A stretch of 64,000 nucleotides of DNA from a virus (IMGVR_UViG_3300013233_000151:7962-71961); one strand, 5' to 3'. Counted from the first letter of the stretch, positions 18,325-28,094 are shown. The notes: generated by a model from the sequence alone, not told the origin. Made by a program: numbers and translations.

Positions 18325-19437
18325 ATGCCGACCGTCCCGCGCGCAGTACGCGAGCAAGCGCAACGCGCTCTCAAGCTCCACCGACGCACGCCCGTCAACG
18401 GCGTCGGTGGAGCGTCGGTTGCGGAGCGTCTCGTGAACGATACCTCTGTCGAGTTCGATACCGTGCAGCGGATGCGTCGTTTCTTCACCGTCAACGAACG
18501 GACGTATGCTGACTCTCTCCAGCTCCGGCACGGCGCGCACAACAGTCCGCTCATGCGCTCGTGGGGTCTGCACGGCGGCGACGCAGGCAAGACGTGGGCG
18601 GAGGCGGCGTACCAGTCAGGACGCAAGGCGGGCGAGGTCGATGAAGACCCGTGGGTGACGCTCCTGCGGTTGGAGCCCGAGCGCCTGTACGAGCGACTCA
18701 ACTTCGGTGCGTGGAAGTGGGAGTATGGGATGAGCGCCATGAAGGCGGCACGCTTCGTCGAGGAGTACACGCGCACACATCGCATCGACTTCCGCTTCGA
18801 CCGCGCGTTCGGTGATGGAGGGGCGTCGGTCAAGACTGCGCTGATCCGTAGAGTCGAAGGCGACAATCCGTTCAAGACCCTCGCGCGCGCGGTCACGCAC
18901 CCGCGTCTCGTTGAGTGCGCGCGCACCGATCTGGTTGAGCACCGCGAGTCGCTCGGCTATACGTCGCTCAACTGGCCTGAGTTCATCGCCTACTTCGTGG
19001 TCGGCGCGCACGACTCGAAGGTCGGGTCGCAGCTCTCCGAGTCCTCGTCGTATCCGTGGCGTGGACGGGACGTTTGTTCGGTGATGGAGTACATCGACCC
19101 GGTGGCGAGCTATGTGACCTTCTTCCACCCCAAGGGATCGTGTTACCACAAGGACGCTCCGCAGGGCCTCTTGTCGGGAATCGACCAGCTTATGTGGCAG
19201 GTGCGCGAAGGAGAGCTGGTCAACGAGGTCTTGGCGCGCGAGACGCTGCACGCAGCGCGCTCGTGGACGGCGGGTCATCACCATGCACGAGGGCTCGGAC
19301 ACACGCTTCTTGAAGCTTGGGAGCGAAGAGAGTGGGATTGGTTCAGGGAGGCACTCCCTCTTGATTCGCCCATGCGCGCACCGTTCATGGCCTTCGTGTC
19401 GAAAACGGCTGGAACATGGCTTGACAAGGGGCAGTAG
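18325..19437 (+). CDS. Phage protein with N-terminal GGDAG-motif domain often seen in head-morphogenesis proteins
   Basis: VREQAQRAL..DTVQRMRRFF..WGLHGGDAGKTWAE pattern recognised from memory. Confidence 0.55.
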   Translation: MPTVPRAVREQAQRALKLHRRTPVNGVGGASVAERLVNDTSVEFDTVQRMRRFFTVNERTYADSLQLRHGAHNSPLMRSWGLHGGDAGKTWAEAAYQSGRKAGEVDEDPWVTLLRLEPERLYERLNFGAWKWEYGMSAMKAARFVEEYTRTHRIDFRFDRAFGDGGASVKTALIRRVEGDNPFKTLARAVTHPRLVECARTDLVEHRESLGYTSLNWPEFIAYFVVGAHDSKVGSQLSESSSYPWRGRDVCSVMEYIDPVASYVTFFHPKGSCYHKDAPQGLLSGIDQLMWQVREGELVNEVLARETLHAARSWTAGHHHARGLGHTLLEAWERREWDWFREALPLDSPMRAPFMAFVSKTAGTWLDKGQ

Positions 19438-19463
19438 ACTCCGCCCAGGTGACCGCCTAGACT
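19434..19463 (+). promoter_or_regulatory. Putative promoter G-TAGACT N17 TAGACT
   Basis: Recurring motif, intergenic. Confidence 0.65.
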
Positions 19464-19526
19464 TACTGATCGACCAGGGGCACCAGCCCTCGAACCCGAA
19501 CTAGAAACTCCTCAAGGAGCTAAACC

Positions 19527-20000
19527 ATGCCGTCAACTCAAACCGCCCTGCGCGCCGTCTACGAATTCGGCGCTCCGTCCGCCGAGGGACTCGTCCTCGG
19601 CTTCCGCGTGCGTAACAACGCAGGCGGCAAGCTGGAGCTTCTCGTCGAGAACCCTGTCTCCTCGCGCCCTGCAACTCCGGGATTCGAGAACACTGGCCTC
19701 CAGCAACCCATCACCTACTCGATCCAGGTGGCCCCCGTTCTGGGGACGGGTCTTCCCGGAACATTCGCCGACACGACCGCTGCCGACAACCTCGAAGCTG
19801 TCGTGGACGTTGTGGTCGGACCCGGCCAGAACAACAGCCATACTATTCTGCTCCGTCCCGACGTGGATGCGTTCGTGCTCATGGTCGCCTCCGGCGGCGC
19901 GCGCGGACAGCTCCAAGTCGTCGGCGACGAGAAGTGGGACCTTTGGCGTTCGGCCGACGCGCGCGACGGTCGTGGATTCCCCGACTTCACGCCTGTCTGA
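19527..20000 (+). CDS. Putative virion (head decoration-like) beta-sandwich protein
   Basis: Strong AAGGAG RBS, own promoter, beta-rich composition, weak resemblance to the next ORF. Confidence 0.5.
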   Translation: MPSTQTALRAVYEFGAPSAEGLVLGFRVRNNAGGKLELLVENPVSSRPATPGFENTGLQQPITYSIQVAPVLGTGLPGTFADTTAADNLEAVVDVVVGPGQNNSHTILLRPDVDAFVLMVASGGARGQLQVVGDEKWDLWRSADARDGRGFPDFTPV

Positions 20001-20038
20001 TCGGATTGGCTGCCTAGCAGCCTAGAAGCTGGTGCTCA

Positions 20039-20064
20039 TCCCCCGGGCCTTTGGGTCCGGGGGA
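20039..20064 (+). terminator. GC stem-loop after the 19527 gene
   Basis: TCCCCCGGGCCT TT GGGTCCGGGGGA. Confidence 0.4.
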
Positions 20065-20123
20065 GTCCCCTCGGGAGCGCCTAAGATCAAGAGGGGTCTG
20101 ACACTGAACCACGGAGCAAGACG

Positions 20124-21005
20124 ATGCCCGCAGCAAGCCAGCTTTATGAAGTCATCCCGCGACACACACAGTTTCAGATCGGGCGCGATCTGCTGCCGAC
20201 GCAGTTGAACGACCCGTTGGTCGGCATCGTCAAACGTGAGGGCGTGCTCGAACGCACGGGAGGCGACCCCTCGCTGCCGAATCCGAATCCGCCGTCACGC
20301 ATCTTGCTTCATTGTTGCGTGCGCAACGCGGGCTCTGCTGACTTTACCCTGTCGGTCGATCAGTCGGCCAACAACAACTCCGACGGGCTCGACCCCCGCA
20401 ACCCAGCCGTCGGGCCTCTCACGCCCGACGCCTACGCCGACATGCCGATCCGCGTGGACGGTGTGGATGTTGCGGCAGGTACAGTGGTGGTGCAGCCTGG
20501 AGGCGTCGCTGTGTTCGTGATCGAGTGGAACGAGACGCACGACAACTACCTGCGATTCCAAGCACCTCCGGTGGGCAGCGCGCAAGCGACCGGCAACGTG
20601 GACCTCACCGGCCTTCCGGTCTCGGGCGAGCAGGTCATCATCGACGATGGCGTGAACCCGGCCATCACCTATCAGTTCGGTGCGGGTGCCGACACGCCCA
20701 CGTTGCAGCACGTAGCGATCGGCATCGACGCCGCCACTACGATTGCCAGCTTCATCGCGTTGGTCAACACGCCGACCGCAGGCGCGATCATCGACATCAC
20801 GGCGTCGGCGGGCGCGGCTGACTCGATGGATCTGGTCAACGATCGCTTCGGTGAGGTGGGGAACGTGCTCATCACTGAGGCTGCCACCAACACGACCGCG
20901 ACCGGCATGTCCGGCGGTGCCGATGCAGGTCAGCCATTCGGCGAGCTGACGCTCGCGCACTACAACGGCACGCTCGTCATCCGCGCCCGCGAAGGCATCA
21001 TCTAG
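20124..21005 (+). CDS. Putative virion structural protein carrying one copy of the sheath-insert module
   Basis: ATGNVDLTGLPVSGEQVIIDDGVNPAITYQFG...TGMSGG is homologous to repeats in the sheath and the 39019 ORF. Confidence 0.65.
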   Translation: MPAASQLYEVIPRHTQFQIGRDLLPTQLNDPLVGIVKREGVLERTGGDPSLPNPNPPSRILLHCCVRNAGSADFTLSVDQSANNNSDGLDPRNPAVGPLTPDAYADMPIRVDGVDVAAGTVVVQPGGVAVFVIEWNETHDNYLRFQAPPVGSAQATGNVDLTGLPVSGEQVIIDDGVNPAITYQFGAGADTPTLQHVAIGIDAATTIASFIALVNTPTAGAIIDITASAGAADSMDLVNDRFGEVGNVLITEAATNTTATGMSGGADAGQPFGELTLAHYNGTLVIRAREGII

Positions 21006-21015
21006 GAGAACGACC

Positions 21016-21324
21016 GTGGCGAAGACCGGGATGACTCAGGGCCTAAAGAACGCTCTCTCGCGCGGGAGCGTGCACTCGATGTGCAAGGACTGCGGATTTC
21101 CGTTGCCTCGTTACCCCGGACGCTATCCGAAGGCGTGCCCGAGCTGCGGTGCCGAGAAGCCAGAGGTGGCTGCCGAAGAAGAGCTGGCGCTCGCCCCCGG
21201 CGAGGTCCCGGAGGTCGGCGACACGCTGACGATCGGGGAACGCACCGCGACCGTCGTGGAGGTGGACGACAACGCCGCCTACCTGGAGTGGGAGGACGGC
21301 GAGGTGCAGACGCTCTCGCGGTGA
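21016..21324 (+). CDS. Zinc-ribbon protein
   Basis: CKDC...CPSC; AGGAG RBS. Confidence 0.65.
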   Translation: MAKTGMTQGLKNALSRGSVHSMCKDCGFPLPRYPGRYPKACPSCGAEKPEVAAEEELALAPGEVPEVGDTLTIGERTATVVEVDDNAAYLEWEDGEVQTLSR

Positions 21325-21719
21325 TGTTCGCCACCCGCAAAGGACAGGCCCCCGTGCCCGAAGTCCTGCCGGGCGCGTTCTTCGTCCTGGAGTTTTCTCG
21401 GGTCGATGACGCCTTTATCTTGCATGTAGACGACGGAGATCACAGCACTTACGATCTGGGCGATGAAGTTTCTGCACTACAGATGCTCTTCCGCACCCAC
21501 ACGAACGCCGTCAATGGAGGCCCTCTCCAGCCGGAGATGATCGACCGCACGATCGACATCGCTCGGGAGCTGGGCATGGCTCAGTACATTCCGACCTTGG
21601 GCGAGCTAGTCGAAGACCGCGTGCTTTCGATCGTTCCCAAAGATGCCGAAAAAGGGCTCAAGTTCGATGAAGACGAAGACCAAAAAAACTGGACCCACGG
21701 GCTCCGCCGACGAATCTGA
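21324..21719 (+). CDS. Hypothetical protein
   Basis: ATG overlapping the previous TGA. Confidence 0.6.
   Translation: MFATRKGQAPVPEVLPGAFFVLEFSRVDDAFILHVDDGDHSTYDLGDEVSALQMLFRTHTNAVNGGPLQPEMIDRTIDIARELGMAQYIPTLGELVEDRVLSIVPKDAEKGLKFDEDEDQKNWTHGLRRRI
21426..21455 (+). promoter_or_regulatory. Putative promoter G-TAGACG N17 TACGAT for the protease-capsid operon
   Basis: Full motif match embedded in the upstream ORF. Confidence 0.55.
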
Positions 21720-23244
21720 TCTCCGCCTTCTCTGTGAAGGCTGGATCGAAGAAGGCTGCGAGGGCTCCAGTGTCTTTATTCCTGAGCGCGCGTACGTCGT
21801 GCAGGGCGACAAGGTGTGGTTCGCGTACGGCGCGACCGACGCGATCGACGAGTCGGAGAACAAGAAGATCGTCGAGAGCTACGAAGATCTGGATCTGGAA
21901 GAGCGTCAGGTCAACGGCACGACGGTCAAGATGCCGAAGGGCGGCCGGTGGGTCGTGGAAGGTCCGGGTCAACGCTCGGACGTGAAGAACGCGAACCAGC
22001 GTACCTACAGCCGCAAGATCTGGGAGAAACTCGTTGCTGACAAGAAGAGCTACGTGCAGCAGGCGATCACTGAGCGTCAGATGGTCGGCCACCTGGAGCA
22101 CCCGAAGGACGGTCGCACCGACCTCAACAACGCTGCGATTCTGACCACGAAAGCCGAGCTGCGCGAAGACGGCGTGGTGTGGAACCAGTTTGAGCTGCTC
22201 GACACTCCGGGCGGCATGATCCTCCAAGAGCTGACCCGCAAGGGCGTCAAGTGGGGCGTCAGCTCGCGCGGAACCGGCACGGTCGGCGACGACGGCCAAG
22301 TGTCCGAGGACGACTACACGCTCAAGACGTGGGACGCGGTTGCTTCCCCCAGCACGCCGGGCGCGCACCCGAAGCTCGTGCTTGGATACGGGAAGACGCG
22401 CAACGAGAACATCGACGAGGACGCACCTGTCCTGTCGGAAGAGGGAAGCCAAGCCCTCGAACACCTGACCGAACTGGTCGAGACCGAAGCTGACGGCATC
22501 TCGGAGTCCGTCGTGCTTCGCCAAGACATCCTCGCTGACCTCGCTGACCTCGACGAGATGGATCTGCAAGCCATTCTCTTCCAGGACGCAGGCTGGTCGA
22601 AGATCCACGCCGCCGTCGAGCGCGCGCGTGAACTGTCACAAGGCGGAGACATCGACGCGGCGATCGACGAAGCCCTCGCAAGCGGGGACGACGAGAACAG
22701 TGAGAGTGGTAACCTCTTGGCAACCGTTGAAGACCTGCAAGAGCAGGTGAGCGATTCTGTCAGCGAGACCATCGAGCTGCGGGATCAACTGGAAGCTGTC
22801 GAGTCCGAGCGCGATGCGCAGACGGAACGACTGGCTGCGGTGGAAGGGGAGCTGGCTCAACTACGAGTCGAGCGTGACCTTGCACGCGAGCTTCTGGCGG
22901 AGACCCCGGGACGTAACACCGGGGATGTGGCCGCTGCGGCGGACGAGGCAATCAGCGAGGAACCTGAGCTGGAACGCTTCCGCGATCTCATGGAGAGCGT
23001 GGAGTCGGTCGAGCAGGTCCGCACCCTTGCAGAACGTCTCGCCCCGGTCGTCGCCAAACCCGCTCTCGTCGAAGAGACGGAGGAGCCGGTGAAGCCGACC
23101 AAGCCAAAGCGAACCGCGCGGACCGCTCTACCCGTCGGTGTATCACTGGTCGAGACTCGCGTGAAGCGGTCGAAGCCTGTGCGTGCGATCGCGGAGTCCT
23201 CCGGGGCTCGGATCGTCGCCAAGATGCCCGGCTTCAAGAAGTAA
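21643..23244 (+). CDS. T4 gp21-like prohead protease fused to an acidic coiled-coil scaffold domain
   Basis: KNANQRTY, GHLEHP, LLDTPGG, GVSSRGTG, WDAVASPSTPGA motifs; acidic heptad C-terminal half; directly precedes the capsid gene. Confidence 0.9.
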   Translation: MPKKGSSSMKTKTKKTGPTGSADESDLRLLCEGWIEEGCEGSSVFIPERAYVVQGDKVWFAYGATDAIDESENKKIVESYEDLDLEERQVNGTTVKMPKGGRWVVEGPGQRSDVKNANQRTYSRKIWEKLVADKKSYVQQAITERQMVGHLEHPKDGRTDLNNAAILTTKAELREDGVVWNQFELLDTPGGMILQELTRKGVKWGVSSRGTGTVGDDGQVSEDDYTLKTWDAVASPSTPGAHPKLVLGYGKTRNENIDEDAPVLSEEGSQALEHLTELVETEADGISESVVLRQDILADLADLDEMDLQAILFQDAGWSKIHAAVERARELSQGGDIDAAIDEALASGDDENSESGNLLATVEDLQEQVSDSVSETIELRDQLEAVESERDAQTERLAAVEGELAQLRVERDLARELLAETPGRNTGDVAAAADEAISEEPELERFRDLMESVESVEQVRTLAERLAPVVAKPALVEETEEPVKPTKPKRTARTALPVGVSLVETRVKRSKPVRAIAESSGARIVAKMPGFKK

Positions 23245-23287
23245 CCGTGTCGCCCCTCGGGGCGCAACCACAAGGACAAACACTACT

Positions 23288-24790
23288 ATGCTTCTCTCGA
23301 ATCAAGGGATCTACGAAGGGATCCTGGAGGCGGGCGCAAGGCTCGCCGAGACGCCCGAGGCCGAAGGCGGCTGGGCCGAATACTTCATGGCGACCGACGA
23401 GGCCGACATGAGCATCGAGGATCCGATCCTCCGTGCGCAGACCTGCATCCTCCTGGAGAACGCCAAGCGTGAGATGGCCCGTGGCCTCCCGCGCGCGGTC
23501 GTCGAAGGCCGCGTGAGCCTCGACGAGACCACTCGGTCCGCGCTCGTCGGCGGGTTCTCGGACTACCTGTTCCCGATCATTCGGGCCGGGTTCCCGACCA
23601 ACCCCATCAACGAGCTGGTCTCCGTCCAGCCCACGACCCGCCGCACTGCGACGATCGTGTACTGGAACTGGATCGTCGGCACCAGCAAGGGTCAGTTCAC
23701 CCAAGGTCAAAAGCTCTTCGACGCCAACACAGGTAAGCAGACCCGTGACATCGACTTCTCGAACGAAGTCGTCAACGGCGAAGCGATCCCGGCCCTCGGC
23801 TCGGCGGCGGGAACCAACGCTGGCACGCTGGCGTTCCACGACGGCGGGGGCATCCGTCCCGGCACCGTGGCGCTGACGCTACAGATCACGACCGGCACGG
23901 CCAACGTGACGTTCGTGGACAACGGCAACGGTGCTTTCATCGCGGGCGGCGGCGTGACCATCACGGCCAGCTCGATCGACTACCAGACGGGTGCGTGGAC
24001 CATCACGATCAACCTGGAGACCTTCACGACGGCGGCCACCAACTCGGCCACCTACCGTTGGGACTCCGAGGGTTCGACGATGATCCCGCAGGTGGACATC
24101 CAGATCGTGACGAACACCGTTCAGACCGAACGGCGCGCGCTCAAGATCAACTACTCGAAGGAAGCGATGCAGGACGTGATGTCCGAATTCGGCGTCTCCT
24201 TGGAGCCCAACCTCGTCGCCGGTGCTGCCGAGCAGATGAACTACGAGATCGCTCGTCAGGTCATCGCGGAAGTCTGGCAGGTGAGCCCCGTCGCCTCGAC
24301 GTTCGACCTCAAGGTGCCGTCCGGTATCTCCCAACAGGAGCACTTCCGCGACATCATCTTCAACATCAACAGCGCGTCCAACTCCATCTGGGCTCGGACG
24401 CAGAAGGGCTACGGCAACTGGCTGGTCGTGGACGAGGGGTTCGCCAACCTCATCGAGTCCTTGCCCGCCTCGCTGTTCGTCGCGGCTCCGATGCCCCCGA
24501 GCGTGCACGGCCTGCACTTCATCGGGACGCTCCTGAACCGCTACCGGGTCTACAAGGACCTGCACCTGGACAAAGAGCCGGGTGCGCAGACCGTGGGCAA
24601 CATGCTCATGGGATTCAAGGGTGCCAACTTTTTTGAGGCTGGGTTCGTGTGGGCTCCGTATCAGCTCATGTACACGACCTCCCCCCTGGAGACGGCGGAC
24701 TTCCTCACGCAGCGCGGCCTAGCATCTCGCTACGCGACCAAGATGGTCAACCCGGACATGTACGCGAGGATTGACCTCATCACTACCTGA
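23288..24790 (+). CDS. Major capsid protein, T4 gp23-like
   Basis: LLEN, ELVSVQP, RALKINYSKEAMQD, NYEIAR, AGFVWAPY, GLASRYA motifs; predicted maturation site SLDE|TT; AAGGA RBS. Confidence 0.93.
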   Translation: MLLSNQGIYEGILEAGARLAETPEAEGGWAEYFMATDEADMSIEDPILRAQTCILLENAKREMARGLPRAVVEGRVSLDETTRSALVGGFSDYLFPIIRAGFPTNPINELVSVQPTTRRTATIVYWNWIVGTSKGQFTQGQKLFDANTGKQTRDIDFSNEVVNGEAIPALGSAAGTNAGTLAFHDGGGIRPGTVALTLQITTGTANVTFVDNGNGAFIAGGGVTITASSIDYQTGAWTITINLETFTTAATNSATYRWDSEGSTMIPQVDIQIVTNTVQTERRALKINYSKEAMQDVMSEFGVSLEPNLVAGAAEQMNYEIARQVIAEVWQVSPVASTFDLKVPSGISQQEHFRDIIFNINSASNSIWARTQKGYGNWLVVDEGFANLIESLPASLFVAAPMPPSVHGLHFIGTLLNRYRVYKDLHLDKEPGAQTVGNMLMGFKGANFFEAGFVWAPYQLMYTTSPLETADFLTQRGLASRYATKMVNPDMYARIDLITT

Positions 24791-24837
24791 TCCTTACTGT
24801 CCGTAGGGTTTGAAGATGCCCTGCGGCTCTCTCCCGG

Positions 24838-24872
24838 GAGCCCTGCTCTCTTCACAGGGGGTGGGGCTTCTT
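24838..24872 (+). terminator. Possible terminator after the capsid gene
   Basis: GAGCCCTGCTCTCT TCAC AGGGGGTGGGGCTT CTT, G-U-rich stem. Confidence 0.35.
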
Positions 24873-24886
24873 CGTAGCCTGAGTGC

Positions 24887-25282
24887 ATGACCGCCGTGAT
24901 CTTCTTCATCGGTGAGACGCCCCACACGACGAATCGTTGGCCTACGCTCCTGCGCGCGATGGACGGCGTGACTTGTCACCCGGTCAAGAACGCCTACACG
25001 AGCGACGGCGTGATCGAGAAGGTGCTGACCCTATACCCGGACCACACGCCCGTCTACGTCGTCGTGGACAAGGCTGCGCAAGGCGCTACGCTACTCGACG
25101 ACTACCAGCACCCCGAGAAGGCCGTGTACGTGTTTGGACCAGACCACGGCGAGATCGTGCCGCCCGAGGACGCGGAGCGCGTGACAATCTTCATGTCCCC
25201 TTCTAGGCGTTCGCTGTTCAGCGACCAAGCTGGCGCGATGGTGCTGTTCCACCGTCGGATGCAACGAGGAGACTGGACGTGA
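24887..25282 (+). CDS. Minimal SpoU/TrmH-like (SPOUT) RNA methyltransferase
   Basis: YQHPEKAVYVFGPDHG and SLFSDQAGAMVLFHR resemble SPOUT motifs 2 and 3. Confidence 0.6.
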   Translation: MTAVIFFIGETPHTTNRWPTLLRAMDGVTCHPVKNAYTSDGVIEKVLTLYPDHTPVYVVVDKAAQGATLLDDYQHPEKAVYVFGPDHGEIVPPEDAERVTIFMSPSRRSLFSDQAGAMVLFHRRMQRGDWT

Positions 25283-25695
25283 CGGAGAAGCAGACCTGCC
25301 CGAGTCGCGCTACGCACGGGCTCGTGGGCGCGCAAGACCTCGTGGACCACGACGAGTGGCGCGACAACCGATGGAGCGAGTTCCCGTGGAGCTGGACGCC
25401 GCGCGCTTGTTCGTTCTGCGGCGGACTTCATCCCGAGGACGCGCTGCGTCTGGTCGCAGAGGGGTGGGAAGACGAGATGACGGACAAGCGGTACAAGGGC
25501 TACTTGCATCCGCCCGGTCACCGGCAGTCGATGGACGGCGCGTTCCGCAAGATGGATCGAGGCACCGACCCCATCACTGCGATGGAGCAGCGCCCGAGCA
25601 TTCCGTCTGTGACGCCACCGGCGAAGTTCTACGGGTGGCACTTCACGCCGAGTCAGCTCGCCGAGCTGAACGACAAGCGCAGCTCGAAGCCGTAG
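25279..25695 (+). CDS. Hypothetical phage protein (CSFCGGLHP motif)
   Basis: GTGA overlap, GAGGAG RBS. Confidence 0.65.
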   Translation: MTEKQTCPSRATHGLVGAQDLVDHDEWRDNRWSEFPWSWTPRACSFCGGLHPEDALRLVAEGWEDEMTDKRYKGYLHPPGHRQSMDGAFRKMDRGTDPITAMEQRPSIPSVTPPAKFYGWHFTPSQLAELNDKRSSKP

Positions 25696-25840
25696 CGATT
25701 ACAGCGCGCTCGGCTCGTACCCTTTGATCTTCCAATCGCCGACCAGCCAGCGTCAGTACGGTGCGATAGTTATTTTTCAACGCGCAGGGGATGTTTTTCC
25801 TTATTCCTAGAAGCCTACTCTGTGCCCTCGTTAGGCGCGT

Positions 25841-25870
25841 GTAGACCGAAGCCTTTTCTCGGTTTACACT
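25841..25870 (+). promoter_or_regulatory. Putative promoter G-TAGACC N17 TACACT
   Basis: Recurring motif, intergenic. Confidence 0.65.
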
Positions 25871-25918
25871 GACCTCAACTGGCGCGACAACGCGCGCCTC
25901 AGCCCTCAAGGAGTTCAG

Positions 25919-26716
25919 ATGACCACTACGGCAACCCAACGGTTCGTCAACCTCGGCAAGTCCCGGACGCAGATCGTTGGACCGGAAGGAGAGCGCCTCA
26001 TCGTGATGCCCTTCTCCGAGAGCTTGCACCCCTCGACTTTCAAGAAGGACGCGCTCTACGTGCTCGAAGGTGAGTTCTGGGGGAGGTACGTGTCCCAAGC
26101 GGGACCATTGTTTCCGTTTCCCATCCCCGCCGCCTTCGGGATCGAAGAGTTTCCGGCGCTTCGCGCGCGGCGCGAGGACGGCGTGCTGGTGGAGCTGGGT
26201 GGCGTTCCGCTGGTCTCTCAGGCTCCTGGCGTCGCTGTGGCGGCGCGCATGGGTGTCTATCGTATTGCGGCGGACGTACTGACGGCCGACGGCAAGATCA
26301 AGCGCACGTTGCCAAACGGCACGATCGAGTTGCTCGACGACACGCCCGAGAACCGCACGCGGTTCGCCGACGCCGATCCGGTCAACGTCAAGAACCCGCA
26401 GATCAAGGACGGCATCGTCGCGTGGTTGGAGCGGATGCACATCACGACGCTCGATGAGTTCATCGCACTGAACGACACGGTGATGCTCAAGATACCCGGC
26501 ATCACTCCGCAGAGTCTTCCGCACATCCGCGAGAACATGAAGACGCTGTTCGCGGAGTCACCCAACGCGACCACGATCGACGACGTTCTGTCAGGCGACG
26601 AGTACGACTATGATCCTTCGTACGACGAGGACACTGACGAGGAGCGCGATCCTATCCCGTCGGTGTCGAAGACGTTGAAGCAGCGCGCACGCAAGGGCTC
26701 CGTCGCCAAGGACTAG
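25919..26716 (+). CDS. Hypothetical protein with an RNA polymerase alpha-CTD-like HhH domain
   Basis: WLERMHITTLDEFIALNDTVMLKIPGITPQSLPHIRE parallels the alpha-CTD pattern; AAGGAG RBS. Confidence 0.6.
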   Translation: MTTTATQRFVNLGKSRTQIVGPEGERLIVMPFSESLHPSTFKKDALYVLEGEFWGRYVSQAGPLFPFPIPAAFGIEEFPALRARREDGVLVELGGVPLVSQAPGVAVAARMGVYRIAADVLTADGKIKRTLPNGTIELLDDTPENRTRFADADPVNVKNPQIKDGIVAWLERMHITTLDEFIALNDTVMLKIPGITPQSLPHIRENMKTLFAESPNATTIDDVLSGDEYDYDPSYDEDTDEERDPIPSVSKTLKQRARKGSVAKD

Positions 26717-26720
26717 CTAG

Positions 26721-27500
26721 ATGCCGAATACTGCTCTGACCGCCAAGAACATCAAGAAGCGGATCGAGATTCGTCTCGGTTCGTCGGGCGTGTTTATCGA
26801 GCTGGAAGACGACGACATCGACGAGGCGATCCGGGAGGCGATCGAGCTGTACAACCAGATCCGACCGGCCAAGCGCCGCGCGGGTGTGCAGGTCACGACG
26901 CAGCAGAACCGCTACGTGCTCGTGGACAGCGCGGGCGCGACGAACTTCCCGGGAATCGCGGGCGTCGTGGATGTGCAGTTCATCACGCGCCGCACGCAGC
27001 CCGCGCAGGTCGATCCGTTCGACCCGTTTGACACCGCGCTCGCGGGCGTGACGTTAGGCAGCGGCTCGGGTGAGACATACGGCGAGATCGCGCAACGCCT
27101 CATGTACACTGAGGACGCGGCGCGCATCGTGGACTCGGAGCCGGATTGGGATGCACTTTGGGAAGGCCCGGAGCTGATTCTCTACCTGAGCATCCCGCGC
27201 TCGCACATCTTGGTCGGCATGGAGTACAGCGTCTACTACGCGCCCGACAACAACAGCGACAACGGGATGCAACTCATCCCGAGCGGCGACGTGGAGATAC
27301 TGCTGCGCTACATGACGGCGGTGTCGAAGGTGATCCTCGGCCGCATCCGCGTGAAGCACGGCGGCACCGTGAACCCCGAAGGCGGAGTGGACGAGATCGA
27401 CGGCGCTGCACTCCTCCAGGAAGGCAGCGAGGACATCGGCTCAATCCGCGAAGAGATGGAGCGTCGTCGCGCGCCCTTGTCGCCCACGTCGCCCGAGTGA
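26721..27500 (+). CDS. Neck protein, T4 gp13-like
   Basis: RLG...IELEDDDIDEAI, KVILGRIRVK, IDGAALLQEG motifs. Confidence 0.85.
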   Translation: MPNTALTAKNIKKRIEIRLGSSGVFIELEDDDIDEAIREAIELYNQIRPAKRRAGVQVTTQQNRYVLVDSAGATNFPGIAGVVDVQFITRRTQPAQVDPFDPFDTALAGVTLGSGSGETYGEIAQRLMYTEDAARIVDSEPDWDALWEGPELILYLSIPRSHILVGMEYSVYYAPDNNSDNGMQLIPSGDVEILLRYMTAVSKVILGRIRVKHGGTVNPEGGVDEIDGAALLQEGSEDIGSIREEMERRRAPLSPTSPE

Positions 27501-27506
27501 TGGACC

Positions 27507-28094
27507 ATGCCGAAGCGCAAGCCCAAAGCCCCCAAGATTCCCGACGCGAAACTGCTGTTCAAGCGCGTCAAGGAGGTCATCACCGAGACTGTGGTGGATG
27601 AGCTGGAGCTGTGGGCTGAGGAGATCCGCGATGAGTTCGTGGGGCTGATCGAAAACCAAGCGTTCGCCTCCTTCCAGATCATCCTGTACCCGGAGAGCAA
27701 CACGAACCTCTCCCCGCAGTGGCTCGCGCGCAAGGAGGCGGCGGACGCGGACGAGCGTACGATGATCGCCACCGGGCACTACACGCGCTCGATCAAGGTC
27801 TTCAAGAAGTACGACCGCAAGCAGAAGAAGTGGGTCATTCGCGTAGGCTTCCACCCACGCATTCAAGCGCGCGACCTCAAGAACCGCATCGTGTCAATCC
27901 TGCTCGACGACGTGGCGCTCGTGCAGGAGTTGGGCAGCATCAAGGCGCATGTTCCGGCACGCCCGCACTGGCGGCCCCACCGTGACACTGTGAAGAAGGC
28001 AGCACCGGCGAAGCGCAAGGAGTTGGTCAGGACGACGTTGCGGGTAATCGAGCATGACCGCAGGCTCAAGAAGCTCGCCGTGGGGGTCCGATAG
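27507..28094 (+). CDS. Virion morphogenesis/neck-associated protein (HK97 gp10-like)
   Basis: LSPQWLARK, MIATGHYTRSI, QELGS..VPARPHWRP. Confidence 0.65.
   Translation: MPKRKPKAPKIPDAKLLFKRVKEVITETVVDELELWAEEIRDEFVGLIENQAFASFQIILYPESNTNLSPQWLARKEAADADERTMIATGHYTRSIKVFKKYDRKQKKWVIRVGFHPRIQARDLKNRIVSILLDDVALVQELGSIKAHVPARPHWRPHRDTVKKAAPAKRKELVRTTLRVIEHDRRLKKLAVGVR

Noticed and set aside
25696-25840. AT-rich intergenic stretch as an origin or ncRNA
   Set aside because: No iterons or convincing structure; may just be an upstream element of the 25841 promoter
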